Origin: an uncultured Bdellovibrionales bacterium
GTDB lineage: Bacteria; Bdellovibrionota; Bdellovibrionia; Bdellovibrionales; JAMPXM01
Direction: 5' to 3'
Length of the DNA: 64,000 bases
Assembly (NCBI GenBank): GCA_964543475.1
Contig: CAZIYJ010000012.1
Location: 25,951 to 89,950 of the forward strand
This document shows, piece after piece, positions 29,836 to 37,988 of this stretch. Positions within the stretch are counted from its first letter, which is position 1, and the number at the start of each line of letters is the position of its first letter. Under the pieces are notes generated by a model. The model did no database searches, was not told the origin of the DNA, and saw only the letters and a program-made list of their open reading frames with translations. Position numbers and translations under genes: made by a program.

Positions 29836-30066
29836 ATGTCCGGGACAGTTAAAGAAATCGTTTGCCTGTGCGAAAACATCGATCGCTCCACTTTCGAAGT
29901 TCCTATTTTTAACGGTGCAGACTCACTCAACAGAATCTTCTATCGCACTACTTTGGCGTCGGGACCGGTGCCGGTCCTTTTCGCCGCAAACAAAAACCAG
30001 GAGGAGTGTTCGAATTGCCTGCGATTTGCAAAAAGTGCCGAAATGGCGTGTACTTCTTTCCGCTAA
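29836..30066 (+). pseudogene. Degenerate second copy of the bfd-like gene (second Cys pair lost)
   Basis: VKEIVCLCENIDRSTFEVPIFNGADSLNRIFYRTTLASGP aligns with KKDIVCLCNNVDRTTIEDAIRNGADTLNKIFDRTTAGVGP of the 28818 gene. By hand, 25 of 40 positions are identical. GPCGGSC is replaced by GPVPVLF, and the tail shows an internal deletion. Confidence 0.55.
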
Positions 30067-30146
30067 ACTAAACAAGCTCTACTTAATTGCACTTGGCGCA
30101 GGCTTGCCGATTGCTCTACACCCCAGTGTTAACAATAGGGGTATTT

Positions 30147-30389
30147 ATGCTTTCTACTAAAACTTTAATCAGCTTAGCCTGTATTCTTTCAAACAAAGGT
30201 GATCTAAACACAAATTCTTTGGAGGCGCAGCTCACAAGCGAAGAGCGCACGAAACTTTCCAAAGTTATCGAGGCAGGCGCGTGTCTACCACCTGATGTAG
30301 ACATACTGATAGAAAAAACAAAAATTCGAATTCAAAGTGGTGAAATAAATAATCCACAAGGATCAACTAATCCGACGAGGGAATGCTGA
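30147..30389 (+). CDS. Small (80 aa) protein with hydrophobic N-terminus and C-terminal Cys; candidate precursor/signal peptide
   Basis: AGGGG lies 5 nt before ATG 30147. The TGA stop at 30387-30389 is 1 nt before the next ATG. Cys at residues 12, 46 and 80, the last residue. No family recognised. Confidence 0.5.
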   Translation: MLSTKTLISLACILSNKGDLNTNSLEAQLTSEERTKLSKVIEAGACLPPDVDILIEKTKIRIQSGEINNPQGSTNPTREC

Positions 30390-30390
30390 A

Positions 30391-31869
30391 ATGAAGTTTG
30401 CGATTGCTGGTATCGTTCTGATTTCAGCAATGTTCTTAATTTTCAACAAAGGAACATCTGCCCAAGTGGAGCAAGCAACTGAGACCTTAAAAGTTAGAAT
30501 CACTGGCACCACGGCCATACCAGACTCTGCGAAGATCGAGTCTGCGGGCGACTGGTATTATGCCGATCATATTTCCAGTGGCTTAGTTGCCTATGAAAAT
30601 GAACAACGCAAATTCGCTCCTCTGTACGCGAGCGATTGGAATGTTTCCGCTGATGGCTCCCATGTTTTCAAACTTCGACCTAATATCAAATTTAGCGATG
30701 GAACTCCAATAACTACGAAGGACATCGCTTGGACAATAAAACGTCTGTTAATTTTAAAAAGCTCGACTCATTTTCCACTTTGGGAATACGTAGTCGGCTG
30801 CGAGAGTCTCAAAACGCTAAATGATGATTGCAGTGGCTTGATCTATTCCAATAGCGAAATTCGTATCAAACTTAAAACAATTAATGATTCATTTTTTCTT
30901 CAGCTAGCTTCACCAGAAACTGCAATATGGTCGGCGGATGATATGGACTCCACGACATGCAAAATTGCTCCAACAAAGTTTTCTGGCCCATACTCAGTAG
31001 CGACCTTAACTTCAGAATCTGCGACATTAGTAAGAAATGAAAACTCGCCGATTTCTCAGAAGTTCAAAAATTCACCTCGATCAATCATATTGAAAGCGAT
31101 ACCATTAAAGGCAATAGATGAATCTCTTGTAGATCGAACTATCGATCTCGCAGTTCGCTCGTACAAACCGTACCAGACAGTCAACTGGGCGAGTCATGGA
31201 CTAAGAGTGCAAAGTACCACGCCCTCTTCGATTATCTACCTACAGGGTACTGGGAATGCCGCTCAGGTTGGACAGGACTTTGTCGAGGCCCTTTGGAGAC
31301 TTAATTCAGATACCGTCATCAGCCCAGCCGAGACATTCTTGCCTTTTTCGAAAACCACTTCAATTTCCAAAGACGAATTTCTTCAGTCGCTTCCACCTTC
31401 GACGTCAAAGACCATAAGATTAATAGGTCCCGAGGGTTTTTTCAGCGATGGCTTGATCGATTTAATCAAATCGGCCGGATTATCTGTTCAAGCTGATCTG
31501 CAGTTCACTTTTGTTCCATCCAAAGAATGGTTCGCAGCTTTCGAAGATCCTAAAACAAAAGAAAAATTTGATTTCATCTTGAGTAGTTACGCAGCCTCTG
31601 AACGTTATCCCGCAGTCCAACTCCGATACATCACTCATCCGTTAGTGAAACCTCCTATCGATCTGAAACTTGCGGAGTCTCCGACGATAACTGCGGATAA
31701 CAGTGAAATTTTAAGGGACTACGAGAAATGGCTGCTTCGTAGCCAAGTTGCAATCCCTCTTTTTTTTAATGTTACGCAGTTCATCTTTAGAGAATCGCTG
31801 GATCTGGGCAACCAATCGCTTACCGATGCAGAAATAGAGCTTTGGCGAATACAGGAAAGTTCTCGATGA
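30391..31869 (+). CDS. Periplasmic solute-binding protein, family 5 (peptide/nickel type), orphan
   Basis: Signal peptide ending TSAQ. SBP_bac_5-like N-lobe: WNVSADGSHVFKLRPNIKFSDGTPITTKDIAWTIKRLL. No permease or ATPase genes adjacent. Confidence 0.7.
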   Translation: MKFAIAGIVLISAMFLIFNKGTSAQVEQATETLKVRITGTTAIPDSAKIESAGDWYYADHISSGLVAYENEQRKFAPLYASDWNVSADGSHVFKLRPNIKFSDGTPITTKDIAWTIKRLLILKSSTHFPLWEYVVGCESLKTLNDDCSGLIYSNSEIRIKLKTINDSFFLQLASPETAIWSADDMDSTTCKIAPTKFSGPYSVATLTSESATLVRNENSPISQKFKNSPRSIILKAIPLKAIDESLVDRTIDLAVRSYKPYQTVNWASHGLRVQSTTPSSIIYLQGTGNAAQVGQDFVEALWRLNSDTVISPAETFLPFSKTTSISKDEFLQSLPPSTSKTIRLIGPEGFFSDGLIDLIKSAGLSVQADLQFTFVPSKEWFAAFEDPKTKEKFDFILSSYAASERYPAVQLRYITHPLVKPPIDLKLAESPTITADNSEILRDYEKWLLRSQVAIPLFFNVTQFIFRESLDLGNQSLTDAEIELWRIQESSR

Positions 31870-32792
31870 ACGAGGCAATAGATTTTAGAACCACACAAGA
31901 CTGTCTCGTAGCAGATTTTCTTCGACTACAATTACCGCTCGCTGAATCTCAACTTCAGATTGGAACACTTTCCTATTCACTCTTTTCTACAGAAGGAATT
32001 GGTGGCCCTGCCCACGGTCGAGATCCTTTACGAAAATTAGCCCTAATTAAGTGCATTGCAGAACATTTTGAGCGGCAAGCAATGCAAGAGTACTTTTCCA
32101 AGTGTTTCCAAACTCCTAATACCTTTCGCAACAGCAATGGATGGGCTGCGCATTTCGACTTGGCTGCGGCGATGGCTGCGAGCAGAAATGAATTACTGGA
32201 ACGACATCTTTTGCTTAAATCCTTTTTAAAATTTGGATGGGATGGCTTTTGTCTCAAGCACAGTTTTTCAATCGACGGACTCGAAATAAAACTTCTCACC
32301 TCAAGATTTGTCACTGAATCACGCATAAGCGGGATTGCTATTACTAAAGGACAGTCGCAAAACGGTGTTTCCTTTGGTTATTGCAACGGCGAAAAAGGCC
32401 GACTCGGAAGTCTCGAATTTTGGAAGCCAGCAATTTTTGAATCTATCGATAAACTTTTTGTTCTTGGTAACAATCGAATGCAAGTTGCCGAGAATGCTTC
32501 GTGGATTGAAAAAGGCATTCAACACTATTTAACCGAGCCGCTTTCAGTTTGCTTAAGCGACAACAGCTCGATATTGACTCCTGAACTGAATTACTGCACT
32601 GAAGTTTTCAACCTAAAATCCCGCCTGAACTTAAAAAGTCAATTTTGGGCAGCCCGAACTACTGCGAACAACGCAGTCCCATTGTTCGATACTGGGTGCT
32701 TGTCATCCGACGGCATTAGCTTTGTTAAGAGCGCCCTTGAAAACAATGGTATCGACGCCTACCACCTTCCCCAAAGACATCCAATCTTATGA
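31866..32792 (+). CDS. Short YcaO-like family protein (tentative)
   Basis: ATGA start/stop overlap with the SBP gene. ALIKCIAEHFER aligns with the YcaO A-x2-S-A-x2-E-x2-E-R motif. SNGWAAH...SRNELLERH aligns with the second G-x-A-x-G/H...E-x2-E-R motif. The C-terminus is ...LPQRHPIL. Confidence 0.5.
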   Translation: MNEAIDFRTTQDCLVADFLRLQLPLAESQLQIGTLSYSLFSTEGIGGPAHGRDPLRKLALIKCIAEHFERQAMQEYFSKCFQTPNTFRNSNGWAAHFDLAAAMAASRNELLERHLLLKSFLKFGWDGFCLKHSFSIDGLEIKLLTSRFVTESRISGIAITKGQSQNGVSFGYCNGEKGRLGSLEFWKPAIFESIDKLFVLGNNRMQVAENASWIEKGIQHYLTEPLSVCLSDNSSILTPELNYCTEVFNLKSRLNLKSQFWAARTTANNAVPLFDTGCLSSDGISFVKSALENNGIDAYHLPQRHPIL

Positions 32793-34099
32793 TAAGCCAA
32801 AGGTTTAAAGTATTTCTTTGTGCGATTTTTTTGGCAATCGCATTTACTTGGTCAAGTCGATTGATCCAAGAGTCTTCTCGAGCGAAATTTACTTCGATCA
32901 TGTGTGAATCCGTTGCAAATTACCTAGAAACTGGAAGCTTAAGGCCGGCCTACGAAGTCATGAGCTTCAGCACTTCGCGCATGTATCCGGGCAGTTGCGT
33001 AACGATTGCAGATCAAGGTCGCAAGTTCTCCCCTGCATGTATCGATACGGTTAAAAGTTATGAGACTCATAGCTGCTTGGTAGCTGGTAACAAAGGGGTC
33101 AGAGCAGAAGCTCACTATCCCATTTCACGGTTTTTCAGCATGAACTTCATTCTTATAGCAGCGACTATTTTCTCAATATCGCTCATGCTGATGACTGCTT
33201 TATCAAAATTCGCTGCGGCCATCCGCAAAGAAATGGATCAATCGGTTGCTAGGCTTTTCGAGAATCAAACACAGCCAGCAAGCTTAAGTGATCGGATATT
33301 AAGAACAGTGGGCGCATCGAATAAAATTCAAGCAAATACACAAAACTTAGAGCGGTCGATCTCGGCCTTCAAACTCAAACTGAAGCGAGAAGCTGAGCTT
33401 CGCGCCATTCAGGATGAAATTAGCGAGCGAAATAATAATTATATTTCGAAGGCAGTTCAAATTCGTCATGATATGGCTGCACCAATTGGAGCTCTTATTT
33501 CATTGAAGCCAAAATTACAAACCGACTTTGCGGCAACCCAGATGATGAATGAATCTATTCGCAGGTTAAAACTGATGATGGACGATCTCTCAACAGTGAC
33601 CCGTGAGACATTTTTTCTTCGTCCTGAATTAATTCAAGCTGTTGTCGACGAAGTGGTCTCGCATTTGTCTCCTCAGATAGATAGCAGCCGGACTAAAATT
33701 ATTGTCCAATCGCAGAGGCACGACATCATTGCTGCAATCGATGCCGAGAAAATGAAACGTCTGCTGACGAACCTAATCATCAACGCAATAGAGGCGTCAG
33801 CAAAAGTAATAATCATTAAAGTAGATTCAAAATCTGATCTAGTTCAGATCGACTTGATCGATAATGGAACAGGAGTTCCCGCAGAAATAAGACACGCTCT
33901 CTTTAAAAAAGGTTCCAGTTACGGAAAGCCTGCTGGAAATGGGCTAGGTCTATACTATGCGAAGGAGACATTGCGAGCGTGGCACGGTGACGTCGAGATA
34001 GAACACTTAACAGTTGGAACGAAGCTTCGAATTCGATTGCCGACTCTGTCGCTCGACCCTGAATTCAGTCAGTCCGCGGACCACTCATATCAACTTTAA
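32789..34099 (+). CDS. Sensor histidine kinase (two TM helices, Cys-rich periplasmic domain), orphan
   Basis: ATGA overlap with the upstream gene. H-box IRHDMAAPIGAL, N-box LTNLIINAIEAS, G1 DNGTGVP, G2 GNGLGLYYAKE. Four Cys lie between the two TM helices. No response regulator adjacent. Confidence 0.85.
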   Translation: MISQRFKVFLCAIFLAIAFTWSSRLIQESSRAKFTSIMCESVANYLETGSLRPAYEVMSFSTSRMYPGSCVTIADQGRKFSPACIDTVKSYETHSCLVAGNKGVRAEAHYPISRFFSMNFILIAATIFSISLMLMTALSKFAAAIRKEMDQSVARLFENQTQPASLSDRILRTVGASNKIQANTQNLERSISAFKLKLKREAELRAIQDEISERNNNYISKAVQIRHDMAAPIGALISLKPKLQTDFAATQMMNESIRRLKLMMDDLSTVTRETFFLRPELIQAVVDEVVSHLSPQIDSSRTKIIVQSQRHDIIAAIDAEKMKRLLTNLIINAIEASAKVIIIKVDSKSDLVQIDLIDNGTGVPAEIRHALFKKGSSYGKPAGNGLGLYYAKETLRAWHGDVEIEHLTVGTKLRIRLPTLSLDPEFSQSADHSYQL

Positions 34100-34807
34100 A
34101 AGATACTCTCTAGTAACCTGTTCGAGCCCAAGATATAGGGCATCTGCAATTAAAGCATGGCCGATTGAGACTTCGGCGATGATTGGGATTTCTTTTACTA
34201 AGTGATTCAGGTTTTTTAAACTGAGGTCGTGGCCGGCGTTGATTTCGAGGCCGAGAGCGTGCGCGCGATAGGCGGTATCTTTGTACTCAGCGGTCACTTT
34301 GGATTGCAAAGGAGTTCCGAAGGCGTCAGCGTAGTCTTCGGTGTAGAGTTCGATGCGGTCGCAGCCGAGTTTTACAAGAGTAGCAAAGTCAGCGTCAGAG
34401 GTTCCGGGATCTACGAAGACTGATGATCGCACTCCCCACTTCTTTAACGACGCTAAAACTCCAGCTAGTTGTTTTTCGTTTGCAGAAATATTCCAACCTG
34501 CGTTGCTTGTGATTGCTTCAGGGGGATCAGGCACTAACGTGCACTGAGCAGGTCGAACTTCGTCGATCATCTTCATGAAATCATCTGAAGGATAACCTTC
34601 AACGTTTAACTCAACTGAAATTGCTTTTTTGAGTGCGTAGACATCTGTTTTGCGGATGTGTCGCTCGTCGGGCCGCGGATGAACGGTAATTCCATGCGCG
34701 CCAAACTTTATTAGATCAAGACTCACCTGCAAAACATCGGGATTGTTTTTGCCGCGAGAGTTCCGAAGTGTTGCAACCTTGTTTACATTAACGCTGAGTT
34801 TGGTCAT
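34085..34807 (-). CDS. pdxJ: Pyridoxine 5'-phosphate synthase
   Basis: LSVNVNKVATLRNSRG, GITVHPRPDERHI and EVSIGHALI are diagnostic PdxJ motifs. 240 aa. Confidence 0.95.
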   Translation of the reverse strand: MTKLSVNVNKVATLRNSRGKNNPDVLQVSLDLIKFGAHGITVHPRPDERHIRKTDVYALKKAISVELNVEGYPSDDFMKMIDEVRPAQCTLVPDPPEAITSNAGWNISANEKQLAGVLASLKKWGVRSSVFVDPGTSDADFATLVKLGCDRIELYTEDYADAFGTPLQSKVTAEYKDTAYRAHALGLEINAGHDLSLKNLNHLVKEIPIIAEVSIGHALIADALYLGLEQVTREYLLKLI

Positions 34808-35023
34808 TGTGAGCCCCGACTGTTGGTTGAATAGCTATGCCTTTGTCGGTGAAAGATTGCAATGCCGACGCTGATCTGACTTTTGAATTTATAGGATTTT
34901 AGTCGAGTTTCTTGCCATTAGAGAGCGAGTTTACAGTCTAGTTTTGTGCTTTACGGCAAACCTTTGCGCTCTAGTTATGCAGTTTTCCAAGGGATTTTCC
35001 GATTTTAAAGTGTGGAGGACTCT

Positions 35024-36454
35024 ATGAGCAACTTAGCTAAAACACAACAGGATGAAATCCTGGTACCGCAAATGCCAAAACTGATTGTAGTTCGACAAGA
35101 TCGAGTCACTGTTGACGATCTTCAGACTATCATCCGAACTAAAGATGGTGATTTCAACGTCATCGACTTCAGCCCGTTCGGCTTAGCTGTGTTTACGAAA
35201 GAAGATTTGACCGATAAATCTTATATCGCGTCTTTTGTGGTGCAGAATGTTGAGATCGAACAAATTGAAATCAAAAAAGTTCGCTCAGAAAAATATTTCC
35301 ACAACGAGCACGACGGCTACAAAACTGCTTTTGCAATTACCGGCAATCCAATTTCGATGGAGCGAGCGGTAGCAGTCCGAAAAACAACTGAAGTTCTTTC
35401 TGAACACTTAGCTCAGGTTTCCGCTCCACAAGTCCCTGACGCTTTTAAACTTGTTTCTTATGAAATCACAAACTGGTTAGCGAAGTTACAATCTCTTGTA
35501 AATTCACTTGAGAAATCTTCGTTCGAGCATTCGCGAACGTATCTCGAACCATATGAAGCAGTTGTCACTGAAATGGTGGCTCATTACATCGAGAGCAACA
35601 TCTATCCACTCTATTCAAAAATCCAACACATTGTTGAGGGGCTCGACTCTCAAACTGTAAAAAGCTCGTTCGTTTTCTTTAGAGAACAAGTTGGGCCATA
35701 TCTTTACCAATCAGCATATGCAAACCGCGCATACACTAAACCACGCGGATATGCAGGCGACTTTGAGATGATGAAGAGCGTCTATAATAACGAACAGCGC
35801 GGCCAGAGTCTATTCGGTCGCTGCGTTGAACGTTATTTCGTAAATGTTCCAGAGTCTCAAGCGGTCCGCAATAGAGGCAGATACTTACAAGGCAAGATCA
35901 TCAACTTTATTCAAAGCAACCCGGGTCGCCCTCATCGCTTTTTGTCACTCGCCTGCGGCCCAGCAATGGAAATTCAATACTTGATACAAGAAAATCCCGA
36001 GCTTCTTACTGAAGATGTTGAGATCTATTTCGTAGATCAGGACACCGAGGCTTTGAAAGAATGTCAAAAACGCATTGAGCTACTCGGACGACAATTTAAA
36101 GTAAAAGCTAAGTTCAGATTTCACAATTGGGCAGTAAAGAACATAATCGAAAATGGTCTACAAGTCCCTGAACTCAGCATGATCTATACAGCAGGCCTGT
36201 TTGACTACTTATCCGATGCTGTAGCGTCTTACGCAGCTCAACGATTATTTACGAATGTACTTCCAGGTGGAGAGCTTATCATTGGCAACTTCGATATTTC
36301 GGCTCCGAATCGCTTTGGAATGTCACTCGTAACCGATTGGCACTTAATTTACCGCACGCCGAGAGATCTAGAACGTTTATTTGGGAAACTCGGCAATTTC
36401 ACAGTAGAAAAAGAAAGTCTCGGCATCAACTTATTTGCGTCACTGAAGAAGTAG
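35024..36454 (+). CDS. PilZ-like N-terminal domain fused to a class I SAM-dependent methyltransferase
   Basis: GGAGGA lies 4 nt before ATG 35024. The N-terminus carries RQDR...VIDFSPFGLAV, a DxSxxG PilZ-like element. The C-terminus carries FLSLACGPAMEI (motif I), YFVDQD and IYTAGLFDYLSD. Confidence 0.55.
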   Translation: MSNLAKTQQDEILVPQMPKLIVVRQDRVTVDDLQTIIRTKDGDFNVIDFSPFGLAVFTKEDLTDKSYIASFVVQNVEIEQIEIKKVRSEKYFHNEHDGYKTAFAITGNPISMERAVAVRKTTEVLSEHLAQVSAPQVPDAFKLVSYEITNWLAKLQSLVNSLEKSSFEHSRTYLEPYEAVVTEMVAHYIESNIYPLYSKIQHIVEGLDSQTVKSSFVFFREQVGPYLYQSAYANRAYTKPRGYAGDFEMMKSVYNNEQRGQSLFGRCVERYFVNVPESQAVRNRGRYLQGKIINFIQSNPGRPHRFLSLACGPAMEIQYLIQENPELLTEDVEIYFVDQDTEALKECQKRIELLGRQFKVKAKFRFHNWAVKNIIENGLQVPELSMIYTAGLFDYLSDAVASYAAQRLFTNVLPGGELIIGNFDISAPNRFGMSLVTDWHLIYRTPRDLERLFGKLGNFTVEKESLGINLFASLKK

Positions 36455-36470
36455 GATACTTAACAAGATT

Positions 36471-37931
36471 ATGATTCCCAAAAAGCTACTCGACAATCAA
36501 GTCGAAGAAACTTTGCTAAAGGAAACGCGCGAAACATTCGCGACTGGTTTCCTATTCGCACCGTTTCTGTATCTTGGCTTTTGGGCAGTAGATTGCTTCT
36601 ATGCTCCCGATCAAATGTGGAAGTTCCTTGGGCTTCGAGTTACACACGGTCTCTTTGTTGCAGGATTGTATTTCTACTTCAAACAGCCGAGATCACTGCG
36701 ACAATATCAAATAGCGGGAGCTAGCTGGGCCGCAATCGCGAGTAACTTGATTACTATCATGATACTTATGACTTCAGGCCCTGCCTCAATTTATTATGCC
36801 GGCCTAAATCTAGTTGCTCTACTAGCGATCTTCTTCATACCGTATAGACCTAAAGTTCAATGGTTTGCCCTTGCCACAATCTTTATCCCTTACTTAATTG
36901 GATGCGGCCTTCAAGTTACTAGAGACAATTTTACTACCTACGTAGCCAACTCCGCATTTGTATTCGGGACCGTATTAATTGGGGTCGTCATCAAGAAAGT
37001 TCAATTCCGCACTCGAATTAAAGAAGTAGAGGCGCAGCTTGCCCTTGCAAGCGAAGTTGCAGATCGCGAAGAGGTTATTCAAGTAAAGACCACGGAAAAT
37101 GTAAAGCTCTCGAGACTTAGCAACCAATTTAGCCCACAGGTTGTAGAAGCAATTCGCACTGGCGCTCTTGAGCTTTCAGTAAGCGCAAAGAGAAGTTTAA
37201 TATCGACTATTTTTATCGACATCGTAAATTCGACTGAGCGAGTTGTCCGAGTCGACAATGCAAAAGTAAACAAAGTAATTGGAATGTTTTTAGAAGATAC
37301 GGCTCGTATTCTCCTTAAGTACGATATCACTATCGACAAATTCTTAGGCGATGGAATTCTAGCTTTTGCCAACGATCCCGTGCGCCACTCCGATTTCGTT
37401 GAGCGAACAGTTCGAGCTGCAATGGAAATTCGGGAACGGATAAGTAGCCGGCAAGAAGAATATGAAAATCTTTGGATGAACAAGTTAGAAATTCGCATTG
37501 GGATTGCTCATGGTTACGCAAATGTGGGCTTCTACGGAAACGAAAAGCTTTACAAATGCTATACAGCCATCGGACCAGTAGTGAATTTGGCTTGTCGTCT
37601 GTCGGCGGCTGCTGATCCTAATGAAATCCTGATTACTCACGACGTGTTCGAAAATATGCCTACTTCGCAGTTTGTGACAGCATCAAAAGGTAAACTGACC
37701 CTCAAGGGGTTCGAGCAGGATTTGATCAAATGCTATTCGATTGATGGTTACGCCGGAAATAATAAGGCAGTCGACAAGTTTGAAGACGACTTGGAGTGTT
37801 CGAATTGCCATCAAGGTATCTTCTATCTGGCTTCGAACGACAAAGGCCAGTTTGTATTTAAATGCCGGCATTGCGGCTTTGTTCAAGAGCAAGAAGAAGC
37901 CTCAGCTTCCCTTATAAAGCGCGCAAGCTAA
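36471..37931 (+). CDS. Membrane-bound class III adenylate/guanylate cyclase with C-terminal zinc ribbon
   Basis: About 6 N-terminal TM helices. Cyclase core: TIFIDIVNSTE, KFLGDGILAF, IRIGIAHGYANVGFYG, YTAIGPVVNLACRL. The tail is CSNCHQG...CRHCG. Confidence 0.85.
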   Translation: MIPKKLLDNQVEETLLKETRETFATGFLFAPFLYLGFWAVDCFYAPDQMWKFLGLRVTHGLFVAGLYFYFKQPRSLRQYQIAGASWAAIASNLITIMILMTSGPASIYYAGLNLVALLAIFFIPYRPKVQWFALATIFIPYLIGCGLQVTRDNFTTYVANSAFVFGTVLIGVVIKKVQFRTRIKEVEAQLALASEVADREEVIQVKTTENVKLSRLSNQFSPQVVEAIRTGALELSVSAKRSLISTIFIDIVNSTERVVRVDNAKVNKVIGMFLEDTARILLKYDITIDKFLGDGILAFANDPVRHSDFVERTVRAAMEIRERISSRQEEYENLWMNKLEIRIGIAHGYANVGFYGNEKLYKCYTAIGPVVNLACRLSAAADPNEILITHDVFENMPTSQFVTASKGKLTLKGFEQDLIKCYSIDGYAGNNKAVDKFEDDLECSNCHQGIFYLASNDKGQFVFKCRHCGFVQEQEEASASLIKRAS

Positions 37932-37988
37932 AGTCATTGCCTCCCAACCCACCGCAAGCTAAAGTTTGCTTCTTTAGGAGCAAATCAC

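Noticed and set aside
30087-30146. Longer 100-aa version of the small ORF, starting at 30087.
   Set aside because: No Shine-Dalgarno precedes 30087, while ATG 30147 has AGGGG at ideal spacing. The extra 20 residues add nothing recognisable.
37079-37498. 139-aa minus-strand ORF inside the cyclase gene.
   Set aside because: It is antisense to the catalytic core of a clearly recognisable class III cyclase.
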